Made by a program: the position numbers and the translations under genes. This document shows positions 20,574 through 31,589 of a stretch of 64,000 nucleotides of DNA, piece after piece. The stretch is from Aureliella sp. Lineage in GTDB: Bacteria; Planctomycetota; Planctomycetia; Pirellulales; Pirellulaceae. The notes under the pieces are model-generated. The model was not told the origin of the DNA, ran no database searches, and saw nothing but the letters and a program-made list of their open reading frames with translations. Every line of letters starts with the position of its first letter. The stretch's first letter is position 1. Location of the stretch: contig OY829846.1 of the NCBI GenBank assembly GCA_963691875.1, positions 1,600,001 to 1,664,000 on the forward strand, in the 5' to 3' direction.

Positions 20574-22100
20574 ATGCAACGAACGCATTTTCAATTCTTG
20601 CTAGCCTTTTGTGTTGGTTTGTTCGCAACGAACGTAACCGCGCAAGACCGTTACGAGCCTACCTGGGAATCATTGTCGACGAATGCTCTTCCGGAATGGG
20701 TCAAAGATGCCAAGTTCGGTGTCTACACCCACTGGGGTATTTACTCCGTTCCTGCCCATGGTGGCCCGGATTATGTTCGTAACCTGTACGAGGGCGCGAA
20801 AAAGGACGCTAAGGGTGTCTTCTCCTATCACACAAAAGTACGGAGCGCTGCAGAAGTTCGGCTACAAAGACTTCATTCCGATGTTCACGGCACCAAAGTT
20901 CAACGCGGATGAGTGGGTTGGACTGATGCATGAAGCCGGCGCGAAGTTCGGCGGCATTTGCTTGATTCATCATGACGGGTTTGCTTTATGGGACAGCAAG
21001 GTGAACCGTTGGAACTCGGCCACGATGGGCCCCAAACGTGATATCTACGGTGAAATCGCGGCAGCCGTCCGAAAGCACGACGACATGAAACTGCTTGCCA
21101 CGTTCCATCATGGACGCAGCTTCGGCTACACAACCGGCGCGATGAAGGACAAGGACATTACCGAGCAGATGCGAAAGAGTGGGATGTCTTTGATCCAACT
21201 TACAAAGAACTCTACTGGAATCAGTGGACCGGAACGACAGAAGAGTTCACGGATCAATGGAGAGAAAAGGTCACGGAAGTCGTTGATACGTACCAACCCG
21301 ACATGATCTGGTTCGATGGTTTGCGAACCTCCATGCGACACGACCACCCGCCCGAATCGGTCGTTCTTGACGTGATTTCCCACTATTACAACCAAGCCGA
21401 CGCCGCGGATCAGCAGGTGACGGTGTGCAACAAGCATGGCGGCGATTTCAACTTCCCAGAGCCGTTCGGGCTAAAGTGCTACGAGAATGGGCGAGACATG
21501 CCGACTGGCGTCGGCCCCTGGTTTCTGATCGACCGCGCGATCGCGTATCCCTGGAGCTACGTCAACAACAAGAGGTACAAAGACGGTCCCGACTATCACG
21601 TTCGCAGCATCGTCGACGTGGTCAGTCGCGGCGGCATCTTTCTCCTGTCGCTAACGCCCATGGGGGATGGTTCCATTGCTAGGCGAGAACAGGAAATCAT
21701 GCGTGGTATCGGTCGTTGGATGAAAGTCAACGGCGAAGCCATTTATGGGACGCGGCCTTGGAAGATTAATGCGGAAGGTCCTACCGTCACCCGTGGACTC
21801 AAACGCAACAACAAGGGTGAAGAAAAAGAACAATGGGATTGGCGAAAGAACTTCACGTCGCAGGACATTCGCTTCACGACGAAGGATGATGCGCTCTATG
21901 CCATTGCATTGGATTGGCCCGAGAATGGCAAGCTGTCCGTTCGCTCGCTTACCAAGGAAGAACTTGCCATCGAATCGGTCAGCCTGCTCGGACACGACGG
22001 TTCACTCGCCTGGAGTCAGACCGACGATGGACTCGAGGTGAAAATGCCATCCGAGCCCCCGTGCGGATATGCTTACGCACTGAAGATCAATGCCGAATGA
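20574..22100 (+). pseudogene. Alpha-L-fucosidase (GH29), split over three ORFs by two frameshifts (may be sequencing errors)
   Basis: YEPTWESL, DAKFGVYTHWGIYSVPA, HHDGFALWDS, YQPDMIWFD, VNGEAIYGTRPW; shifts in A-runs near 20834-20837 and 21174-21176. Confidence 0.85.
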
Positions 22101-22157
22101 TCTGCGAAATCTTCAGTTGCGAGGTCTTTCATTGAACAACAGAGGCATTTTCAGTTG

Positions 22158-23764
22158 ATGCATCACCAGACTTTTACTTCAATCCTTACCTGGGTCGCGT
22201 TCTCAGCGATCAATGGCTGGGCGGTAGGCAATGATCGCCCGAACATCGTCCTGCTGCTGACCGACGACCAAAGCTATAACTCGCTGGGATATGCCGGTAA
22301 CACCCAAGTCAAAACGCCAAACCTGGATCGCCTTGCGTCAGAAGGCCTGATCTTCGATGCGGCCTATGACTCCACGTCGATCTGCATGGCCAGTCGCGCG
22401 CAGGTGATGACAGGTATGTACGAATACAAGACAGGCTGCAACTTCAGCCACGGTCCGCTGCACCGCAAAAACTGGCAGAAGTCGTACCCAGTCTTGTTAC
22501 GCGAAGCAGGATACTTCACCGGATTCGTTGGGAAGTTCGGCTTCGCCGTCAAAGGCGAGGACGGCGATTCAAGCTATCACCACAACGATGACCTTCCGAT
22601 GGATTCGTTTGATTACTGGTGCGGTTGGCCGGGACAGGGCAGTTATCGAACGAAGGAAAACGAGTTCTTCCTGCAGTACGCTGATAAGCATCCACATGTG
22701 ACTCAAGCAGTGGGCGCTGCGTCTTCGGACTTTATCAAGGCTGCAAAAAACGAAAATCTACCATTCTGTCTTTCGGTCAGTTTCAAAGCCCCCACGGCCC
22801 GATGTCTCCTGATACAGCTTTCGATGAGCTGTATGCCGACACGACATGGGCCACGCCGCCGAACTACGACCAGAAGGGAGCGGCCCATGTACCCGAGCAA
22901 GCCAAGAGTGGCCGCCAATATTTGACCATCAACGACTTCGAGCGGGACCGCTTCCAGAACACGATGCGCAAATATCAACAATTGGTCTACGGGATCGACG
23001 TGGCGGTGGGCAAGATTCGTGAGGAGCTTGTCCGTCAGGGTGTGGCCGACAACACCGTGATCCTGTTCTTGAGTGACAATGGATACAACTGCGGTTCACA
23101 TGGCTTCGGAGGAAAGGTGTTGCCTTATGAAGAGGGCAGTCGCTCGCCGATGGTGATCTACGATCCACGACATCCGGTTTCCGGTCAAGGCAGCCGTTGC
23201 AACGCTGTTGTCGGCAATATCGACATTGCGCCGACTATCCTCGATTTAGCCGGTCTCCCAGTCCCTGAAGGCATGGATGGCAGAAGCCTGCGGCCGCTGC
23301 TGGACACTCCGGCCGGCCGTGTTCGGGAATTCATGCTGTTGATCAATGCATGGGGCAATGCACCAACCCATGAACTAACTGTCGTCACCGAGGAATACAA
23401 GTACATTCACTGGCCCTATGCGCACGAGATGGAACCCAAAGAGGAACTCTACCATCTCACGACAGACCGTTACGAAATGAACAACTTAGTGAATGATTCT
23501 GGTCACCAAGCAGCGCTGAGTAAGTTGCAACAGCACTACGACCAAGCCTTGGTCGTTTGGAAGAATGAATGCGTTCCAGGAGGAAACTATCCCCTGTTTG
23601 CAAAGATTTACGACCGCCATATTTCTTGGGATGCCAAGTTGGCGGCCATGGACAACCGGATGAGAAGAAAGTACCTCCAGTGGCGCAGCGATTCTGGCGA
23701 CAAGCCGAAGAAAGAAAAGAAAACCAATCGAGAGAGGAAGCCTAAGAGGGGCGAGAGGAAATGA
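22158..23764 (+). pseudogene. Sulfatase with one frameshift in a C-run near 22789-22793 (may be a sequencing error)
   Basis: PNIVLLLTDDQ, CMASR, FKAP|HGPM across the shift, SDNGYNCGSHGFGGK. Confidence 0.85.
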
Positions 23765-25194
23765 AGCTTGTGAGGCGAATAGCGATTGGTTTGCTAATTT
23801 CGATGAACTGCGTTGCGTGCCTTGGAGACGAACGTCCCAACATCATTCTGATGATGGCCGACGACTTGGGTTATGGCGACACGGGGTTTAACGGCAACAG
23901 CATTATCAAGACGCCGCATCTGGACCAGATGGCCAAGGACGGCGTCAAATTACAACACTTCTACGCGGGCGGCCCGGTATGTTCTCCAACGCGCGGCACA
24001 TTCCTTACCGGGCGGCATTATTACCGCTACGGAATCTGGTCAGCCAATGTGGGGCACTTGCCAAAGCAGGAAATCACACTTGCTCGTATGCTTAAAAGCA
24101 AGGAGTATACCACGGGGCACTTCGGCAAGTGGCATGTAGGAACGCTCAGCAAAACTCACTCCACGAAAGGACCGAGTCGCAAGCCTGCCGAAAACTTCGC
24201 GCCACCTTGGGAACGTGACTATGACCGGTCTTTCGTTGTCGAATCCTCGGTCTCGACTTGGGACCCTGGCAGCGACAAGAATCCGTTCTACGACGATGGC
24301 GTGCCAATGGCCGGTAACGACCCAAGCCTGCTGGGTGGCGCGGCCCGCGTGGTAGTGGATCGAGCGGTTCCGTTTATGGAGCAAGCCACGAAAAACGACA
24401 CGCCATTTCTGGCAGTAATCTGGTTCAACGCGCCGCACGAACCAATCAAGGCCGGGCCAGAATACCTGGCGATGTACGAAGGCCACGGCGAATCATCACA
24501 CTACTACGGCTGCATCACTGAGATGGACGAGCAAGTCGGACGAATTCGGAAATGCCTTCGAGATTGGGGCGTCGCCGACAATACCCTGCTCTGTTTCTGC
24601 TCCGACAATGGACCTGAAGGGAAAGGGCCAGGAGGAAGAAAGGCTGGTGTGACCGCGGGACTACGTGGCCGAAAACGCAGCCTGTACGACGGCGGAGTGC
24701 GGGTACCGGCGCTGGCAGAATGGCCAGGACGAATCAGCCCGGGCTCAGTAAGTGACGTGCCGTGCTCCACGCTGGACTATTTTCCGATGATTGCAAACCT
24801 GACGGGGTTCCAAATGCCCGACGATCGTCCCATCGACGGACAGGATCTGATACCGATACTTACCGGTCAAGTCAAGAAACGCGATAAGCCAATTCCGTTT
24901 CGAGCGCGAAACAACGCCACCCTTGTGAAAGAACGGTACAAGCTGGTGCTACCCAAAGGCGAGCTCTATAACTTAGCGCAGGACTGGGGCGAAGAAAGTA
25001 ATATTTCCTCCGACCATCCACAGCGCGTGGAATCCATGACCAGAGAGTTGATGGCGTACCTCAACAGCATGCAAAAGAGTCATGCTGGGCAAGACTATAG
25101 TGACACCTCGTTCCAGCCACATGATAGCTGGCAGCCCTTTCGAGCAAAGCAGCAACCGGCAAAGCCAAGTTCCGAGCTGCCCCAATACGAATAA
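23761..25194 (+). CDS. Sulfatase (GalNAc/Gal-6-sulfatase-like)
   Basis: PNIILMMADDLGYGD, CSPTR, GKWH, SDNGPE, LRGRKRSLYDGGVRVP. Confidence 0.9.
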   Translation: MKLVRRIAIGLLISMNCVACLGDERPNIILMMADDLGYGDTGFNGNSIIKTPHLDQMAKDGVKLQHFYAGGPVCSPTRGTFLTGRHYYRYGIWSANVGHLPKQEITLARMLKSKEYTTGHFGKWHVGTLSKTHSTKGPSRKPAENFAPPWERDYDRSFVVESSVSTWDPGSDKNPFYDDGVPMAGNDPSLLGGAARVVVDRAVPFMEQATKNDTPFLAVIWFNAPHEPIKAGPEYLAMYEGHGESSHYYGCITEMDEQVGRIRKCLRDWGVADNTLLCFCSDNGPEGKGPGGRKAGVTAGLRGRKRSLYDGGVRVPALAEWPGRISPGSVSDVPCSTLDYFPMIANLTGFQMPDDRPIDGQDLIPILTGQVKKRDKPIPFRARNNATLVKERYKLVLPKGELYNLAQDWGEESNISSDHPQRVESMTRELMAYLNSMQKSHAGQDYSDTSFQPHDSWQPFRAKQQPAKPSSELPQYE

Positions 25195-25399
25195 CAGCGT
25201 GTGAGTTATCTACCGCGTTGCTCGCCGTTCTGTAGGATTGACGCAATACTTCTTGAAGTCGGCCATTGCCAGTAATCCGGCCAATTTCAGTGACGAGTCA
25301 GTGATCTAGTTGGCAACTTTTGGGGCAACGCGACCACAATTTCGAAACAAAAACTAAATCGCAGCAAGTTGCAAGCACAGAGGGACTTACGACGCGTTT

Positions 25400-25642
25400 T
25401 CACCACGCATGAACCACTGGAGCATTCCAGAAACGAATGTCGAAGACTTTGCCAAAGCGAAAGGTCGGCGATCCTTTCATCCGTTGCGTCGTTCGCAATA
25501 GCCGCTGTAACCAAGGAGCTGGAATGTCCTTCGACCATGGAGCAATACCAAACTTAACAGCAACGCGAACCACATCGTTCAGTCGATTCGCGTTACGGAT
25601 TAAGTGGGGTAAACGTCCCAATCCCACAATCTGGCGCTTCAA
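25400..25642 (-). pseudogene. N-terminal fragment of an AarF/UbiB (ABC1) kinase-like gene
   Basis: LIRNANRLNDVVRVAVKFGIAPW and, in another frame, ERIADLSL..SLRHSFLE resemble ABC1-family N-termini; truncated. Confidence 0.45.
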
Positions 25643-26022
25643 TGACTAGCCCTGCCGCACAAATCAAACCGGCTGAACATTTGCCGTTGCTCGCGACCAG
25701 CGTAGACCAGCCAGGATGGGAAGCAGGACTCATCGCTCGACGATGCTTTCTCTGACTGGATTGAAATGGTTGATCGTGTCTACTGCTAGAGTGAGTGTGG
25801 CAGTCAGTCGTCATCGATCCAGAAACCCCAGCGACTTCACGCAGAAAGGAGGGGAGCCGCCACCGAAATGCGCCGCCCCCACCGTGTTCCATGTGCGGCC
25901 AGTCCATCCAACTGTGAGAAGGCTTCTTTTGCATGGATTGAAGCTCCAAGCAATTGTGTGGATAATCTGGACGCGATGTCGTTCAGAAACCACGCAGCAC
26001 GCCATTTAGCGGACCATTCGCA

Positions 26023-26901
26023 ATGAAAAGCTCCATGTATTCACTGACTCTATTTTGTGCTGCGACGTTGCTGGCGACCGGCTGCGGACCCAACGCGGAT
26101 AAACCTGTCGGCCAGACCCTCAACAACGGTCAACAAGCAGACGCGGCCTCGCGGGGGGAGAAAAATGATGCTGCCCCAACAGCAAAAGAGCATCACTACT
26201 TTCACAAAACCGAAAAGCCGCATGCCGCAGAATGGACCTATACTGGCGAGACCGGACCCTCGCACTCGGGTGACCTCAGTCCCAAGTATGTGTTAGCAAA
26301 GGATGGCAAGCAGCAGTCGCCGATTGACTTGGTCAATCCCAAGGATGAGGAGTTACCTCAGTTGGAGCTCAACTACAGGCCGTCCAAAATTGATCTAGTC
26401 TACAACGGTCATACGATTGAAGAGACCGAAGAAGCGGGGAGCACTCTGAGGGTTGATGGAAAGTCCTTTGCGCTAAAACAGTTCCATTTTCATGCCCCCA
26501 GCGAACACACCATTGATGGCAAGCACGCCGCGATGGAGATGCATTTAGTCCATCTGGATGAAGCCGGCCGGATAGCGGTTGTTGGAGTAATGATCGAAGA
26601 GGGCGCGGAAAACCAGGCAATAAATCCGGTCTGGGATTATCTGCCCACCGAAGTGAACAAGAAGGTCGAGTTCGGAGCAACCGTTGACGCATCCGCATTG
26701 CTTCCCGAAAAGCTCGGTTATTTTCACTACATGGGTTCGCTGACTACCCCTCCCTGCTCTCAGGAGGTGAAATGGTATGTGCTTGCCGAGCCTATCGAAC
26801 TGTCCGCACAACAAATCGAAAAGTTCACAGCGATCATCAATCACAATAACCGACCTGTTCAACCACTAAACGGTCGCACGATTGTCCGCTCTGCAAGGTA
26901 A
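26023..26901 (+). CDS. Alpha-class carbonic anhydrase, predicted lipoprotein
   Basis: Lipobox LATGC; QSPID, NGHT, QFHFHAPSEH, EMHLVH, YMGSLTTPPC, NNRPVQPLNGR. Confidence 0.92.
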   Translation: MKSSMYSLTLFCAATLLATGCGPNADKPVGQTLNNGQQADAASRGEKNDAAPTAKEHHYFHKTEKPHAAEWTYTGETGPSHSGDLSPKYVLAKDGKQQSPIDLVNPKDEELPQLELNYRPSKIDLVYNGHTIEETEEAGSTLRVDGKSFALKQFHFHAPSEHTIDGKHAAMEMHLVHLDEAGRIAVVGVMIEEGAENQAINPVWDYLPTEVNKKVEFGATVDASALLPEKLGYFHYMGSLTTPPCSQEVKWYVLAEPIELSAQQIEKFTAIINHNNRPVQPLNGRTIVRSAR

Positions 26902-26991
26902 CCAATACGCCAGGGCTCTTGCGAAACGAATCCGGCGCATTTGGTTACAAAGTCGTCCGTACTTTCGTCACGCGGCGATGTGCTGTCAGAG

Positions 26992-28329
26992 TTAGTAGAC
27001 CAGTTGAGCTCGCGCGATGTAGAAGTGGGACATGGTGTCGATTGGGCCAGGGTCGTGCATCGCGTTGACGTAGTTGAACTGAAATTTTAGCTGTGGATTC
27101 AGGTAGCAGTTTAGTCCTGCCGTGAGAGTCGTCAGTTCTCCTCCGTTGATCGCTCCGTCATTGAGGTCGACCCACGACCAGCGAGCGGCCATTTCCCATG
27201 CACCGAGCCCTCCGCAATCCAACGCGTGATGAGGGTTGGGGCGTCCGAACGTTCCCGATTTTCGATCATAGGGTCTGGCTTCTCCCGTGAGCGAATAGCC
27301 TACTTGGCTGTAGGCTCCGTGGAAGTAGGAGTTGCCCCCACCGATCTAGTCCACGATCGTCACGAACAGCTCGGACTGACCGTGGAGTCGACCATTTTGA
27401 AAAGCTCCTTCGACGCCAAACTGATTCACGTTCTCTGCGGTGATGATTCCTGTGTCCACAAAGTTCGGAATCCGGCCGACTCCCTCCTCTGCCAGAAATG
27501 CCTCGGGGATGGCACCAAAGCGGACGGTATCATCGGGGGGAGCGATCAGAGCATAGTCAAACCCAACGTGGAGAAGCTGTGCGGTGGACTCGCAGTCATA
27601 GGGCAGGAATGTGAGTCGACCTGCAAGGCCCCAGCCACCATCATCGCCAACGCTCGCCCCGATGCCATCGGATTCCGCGCGGAACCCAGATAGGAACCAA
27701 GTGCCTGCATCTTCGTCCATCGTCCCGAATGCACCGATACCCGTCTGTCGGAAGGGGTAGAATCCGAAGGTGTTTGCGTACTCAATGAACGCTAGGTCAG
27801 TCACACCCGACATCGCTTCCATCCCGAAAGGTTGACGAAAGCGACCAATTCGCACGTTCCCCCAGTCCCGCTTCATCTGCATCCAGACATCGGTGAACAC
27901 AACTCGATTCAGGGATGCGAAATCGACCTGGAGATTGTAGGACGTGGCACACCAGGCCTGTCCTTTGACACCGATACGTGCTCTTCGAAAATCGCTGCCA
28001 TCCTGCAGATCACCGACAGCGGCCCTGCTGGCTGCATCCTGAGTGATGTAGCCCACGTCTGTCTGAAAGAAACCGCCAACACCAACCGTCGGGAACTTTC
28101 GTTTCGGCAGCGGGCTGGAATGAGCTCGATGTTGCTGTTGATGTGTGAGTTCATCGATGCAAGCACGCAACTCTGCGAGTTCCGCATAGACGTCGGGATG
28201 CGACGCATTCTCCTAAGGAGACTGTACCATCGCTTCCGGTACGGCCACCGGATCCTGTCCAGCTGAAGTAGAACAAATCAAAAAAGACATCAAGACCCAA
28301 AGGAGATTGCAACGCGTATAAAAAGCCAT
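26992..28329 (-). pseudogene. OprO/OprP-family phosphate-selective porin with two in-frame TAG stops
   Basis: Single frame from ATG 28329 (GGAGG RBS) with TAG at 28213-28215 and 27346-27348; FRRARIG, GRFRQPFGME, LTGEARPY, GAWEMAARWS, C-terminal RAQLVY. Confidence 0.85.
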
Positions 28330-28599
28330 CGATTCAAACCTCCATGTCGGATCGGTGAGCTAATCTAACTCCGCGGATCGTCCGCACGATGATCGTTGCA
28401 CCCCTGAATAACGTTGCGACATGCCTATTCGGAAAAAATGGCTGCGGGCTGTAGGGATTGGAGAACCTTCACGCTCCGTCAGCTTCAGCTTCAGAATCAT
28501 GGCGGCAGAAAACGCCGCAACTTTCGATGTTTGACAGGCAAGTTTCCCAGCTTGAGCGGGAGTCCCTTGTTCAGCCCGGTAGAGGTGAAGGACTTGAGC

Positions 28600-29165
28600 C
28601 TTTTACCTTTTTTGTGCGGCCTACGTGCTTGATGTAGTTGTAGCATTCTTGTGAATCGAACCTGTCGATCGGTGTTCCGATTTGGGCCCAGAGTCCTTCA
28701 ACGGCGTGTTTGCCACCGGAACGGATGAGCGCTTGATTTGGCGAACATCTGCTCGATCCGACTGGGGGCAGGCAAGTATCAGACTCGCGCACCGACGCTT
28801 TCGAAAGTTACTTTAAAGCACACGACTTTGTGGCTGTTGAGGTTATCCATCACGACGATGTTGCCTGTTGAGTATTTGATCAGGTGCTGCGCAGCCCAAC
28901 AGTCGTAGATCTCACCTTTGATGGAACCGTCAACCACCTCAGGAGTAATTGGGCCGTCGCATCGAAATCCACAAAGCAGTGTCCCTCTTTGCCAATTAAC
29001 GTGAGGAACACTCTCGACAAGTCGAGTTCCACTCAGCGACCATCCCCAGCCACATGTCATGTTCGTGTTGGCCCAGGTTTCATCAAGGAATGCAAATCGG
29101 GAAGTATTCAAGCTGATGGGACTACTGGCGAAGTTGGACCTGCCGAGACAACTTTTGCTGAAACG
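28600..29165 (-). mobile_element. IS630-family transposase remnant (DDE domain, degraded)
   Basis: FAFLDETWANTNMT, VVMDNLNSHKV, C-terminal ECYNYIKH fragment; broken frames. Confidence 0.8.
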
Positions 29166-29172
29166 AAAATCA

Positions 29173-30186
29173 TCATTTGATCACCGGTTCTAGGATGATG
29201 TTGCGGTACTTCACGTTGGTATGATCGCCTTGCAGGTAGATCGGTCCAGGAGCGGATGGATCGGTGTAGATGGCGCCAGCAGTTGGTCCGATAATAGGCT
29301 GATTGTCAATGACCGCTTCGCCGTTGAGAACAACGGTAATGTGGCGGTCGACGAGAGTCAGGTCGTATGTTTGCCACCGACCGCCTGATTTGCCTGCATT
29401 CTTCGACGGAGCGATGCGTCCAAAGATCGCACCCACGCCTTGAATTCCTTGCATGCGACTATCGCGGTCGACAACCTGAGCCTCATACATCCCGCGCAGA
29501 TAGATACCACTGTTGCGTTGTTTTTCGACAAGAAACTCGATGTGCAGGCGAAAGTCTTTGAACTCAGCGATGGTCCTCAGGTTTGCATGGTCGCCGGTCG
29601 CGCTAAAGTCGGTCTTGGGTGTCGTGTTGACGAGCAAGCCATCCCTGACACTCCAGCCATTCTTTTTGTCCTTTTCGTGAGGCCGCCAACCGGTTAAGTC
29701 TTTTCCATTGAACAGCTCGACCCTTTTTCCAAACTCAATTTTCGACAGATCAGGCGGCGAAGTCGGTATTGGTGGAATCCGCTTACCAGTGAATGTCACC
29801 GTTTTTCCAATGGTACCATCGGCGGAGATGTAATCTATTTTGCCGTCTAGCTTCCCCTCACGCAGTCCAACACCCACCTCGCGTTTGGTGACAACCTTGC
29901 TGTTTTTTTTTGTTCGAACCGACTTGATTGGGAAATAAATTCGTCCATTGGCAATCTTCGTCACTTCAAAGGGACCGTCCGAGCCAATGTAGACTCGCAT
30001 ACGAATGACCGGCTTTCCGGCCGCCTGAGAAATACTCATCCAAGCCGGCTCATTTGATTCCAGCTCAAGAGACCAGTCTCCCATCAGTTCTTTCGGAATG
30101 CGATCCTCTGCAGCCAGATTTCTACTCGTCAGAAGAACTAAAACCAGAAGAAGCCCCAGCCTTGAATTCTTTGTAACGTTGTTCAT
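29173..30186 (-). CDS. DUF1080 (3-keto-disaccharide hydrolase-like) secreted protein
   Basis: LFNGKDLTGW, NSGIYLRG.YE.QV, GPIYLQGDH..VKYRNI; probable start ATG 30186 with a signal peptide. Confidence 0.85.
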   Translation of the reverse strand: MNNVTKNSRLGLLLVLVLLTSRNLAAEDRIPKELMGDWSLELESNEPAWMSISQAAGKPVIRMRVYIGSDGPFEVTKIANGRIYFPIKSVRTKKNSKVVTKREVGVGLREGKLDGKIDYISADGTIGKTVTFTGKRIPPIPTSPPDLSKIEFGKRVELFNGKDLTGWRPHEKDKKNGWSVRDGLLVNTTPKTDFSATGDHANLRTIAEFKDFRLHIEFLVEKQRNSGIYLRGMYEAQVVDRDSRMQGIQGVGAIFGRIAPSKNAGKSGGRWQTYDLTLVDRHITVVLNGEAVIDNQPIIGPTAGAIYTDPSAPGPIYLQGDHTNVKYRNIILEPVIK

Positions 30187-30874
30187 TTCAAGTTCACCGT
30201 TGTCTACTCTCGGAAAGAGACGGAGGATTCGAGCAAGTTGTCTCTGGCGTCCCCACTCAACCTGCTGGGCAAATTGAAGGTAATACCGAGGAACGTGAAG
30301 AATACAGTACAAGCGACGTTAATCGTGTCAACATTCGCAGCCAAGGGGAACCAACGCTCTAATCCTGAGCCGACGGCGCTCACGGCAGCCAACCGTAAGG
30401 ACAGCGCTGCTTCGCTAACGCGTCAACTTCCCCAAATGCGCTGCAAACTTCACTTTGCGCTGCATTCCCAGCGATGCAGCCTTGTTGATTCGGCTGGGCT
30501 CGCCTATCCTTATGCACTTGGAATGAATGCAATTATGGATCGGACTAATGAGATGCTTGGCTGCATTGGCCAAGTGGTTCGATCGCGAGATACCCCCTGA
30601 GCTAGGCGCTCAGCTTCTCGATAGGGCGAATGTTGTTTTTCGCTCAATCTAATGCCGCCATCTATCGGTCAAGTTGACCCGCTGGAAAAGCTGCTGCCGT
30701 TGTCAAAACGCACCCCATCCGCGACATTCTTGTTGGTCCGGATTGCTTCGGAAGCATTTTTGGTTTGAATATCGAATCTTCTAGAATCGCACTCAGCCAC
30801 TTCCCACCCGACATTCCATTGTATTTCAAGTACACAAATCGAAACACATTTTTTAACGAACAGGAAAGATCAGA

Positions 30875-31081
30875 ATGCAAGAAGGCACTATCAAGCGCAT
30901 TACCGACAAAGGCTTTGGCTTCATCGCTCAGGAAGGAAGCAACAAAGATATGTTCTTCCACAGCTCGGCTCTAGTTGGTGTCAACTACAACGACCTTCGC
31001 GAGGGCCAAAAAGTTACTTTTACCGTCGGCGAAGGACCAAAGGGCCCACGTGCAGAGAATGTTCAGCTAGCTGACGACTAG
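30875..31081 (+). CDS. Cold-shock protein (CspA family)
   Basis: KGFGFI (RNP1), MFFHSS (RNP2), GPKGPRAENV. Confidence 0.95.
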   Translation: MQEGTIKRITDKGFGFIAQEGSNKDMFFHSSALVGVNYNDLREGQKVTFTVGEGPKGPRAENVQLADD

Positions 31082-31589
31082 CTCAGATTAGCTCTTCAAG
31101 AGAGCAAAATTAAGCATCAGATAAGCCACCGCTTCTTCGACTTGCGAGGCTATCTGCAGACTGCGCGGATGAGCAAATGGCCAGTCATCGCAATTGCGAA
31201 GGTTGGCTGAATTCGTCGAACGATACTCGCTCAGGGCTCGCGGCGTATCGCAAGGCGATGTTAGTGATTGGCAAGTTGCAATATCCTCGGATATTGCACT
31301 CGCTCACCACGAGGGACTTCGCGAGCACTCTCATTTGAGTCAGTTTTAGGCCAAAGCCGTTCAACTGTGCCAAAGTCGCTGCGACTCGCTTTGCCTGCTG
31401 TAATCGGCCTATTAGATCTCTCTGCACGACGGCAGGCGGCCACAAAAGATTTGGTGCAAACCGCCGAGGAACGAACCGCAGCCGTCATCACGCTGTCCAC
31501 TATAGTGCCGAGGTTCCAGACCTGGCTCGTCTGCTCTCACAGGCAGCTCAAGTAATCGTCCGCTATCCGCCTTGCCAAAATAGAGTCGA

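Larger units (their letters stand above)
16185..29170. mobile_element. Probable degraded genomic island at tRNA-Leu (right boundary uncertain)
   Basis: tRNA followed by integrase remnant, accessory catabolic genes, gene fragments and an IS630 remnant; no duplicated tRNA 3' end found. Confidence 0.55.

Noticed and set aside
25593..26009. Short His/Trp-rich ORFs upstream of the carbonic anhydrase
   Set aside because: No recognisable family; probably eroded sequence
10524..28215. Amber recoding/readthrough suggested by six in-frame TAGs (10524, 14711, 14843, 16685, 27346, 28213)
   Set aside because: TAG is the genuine stop of many intact genes here (ligA, nfeD, glgX, PilZ gene). The interrupted positions imply different original residues, and some of the affected genes also have frameshifts or truncations. 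CAG/TGG to TAG is the expected decay route. No suppressor tRNA or pyl genes were seen.
28330..30870. attR duplicate of the tRNA-Leu 3' end
   Set aside because: Searched by eye around the likely island end and found no convincing match
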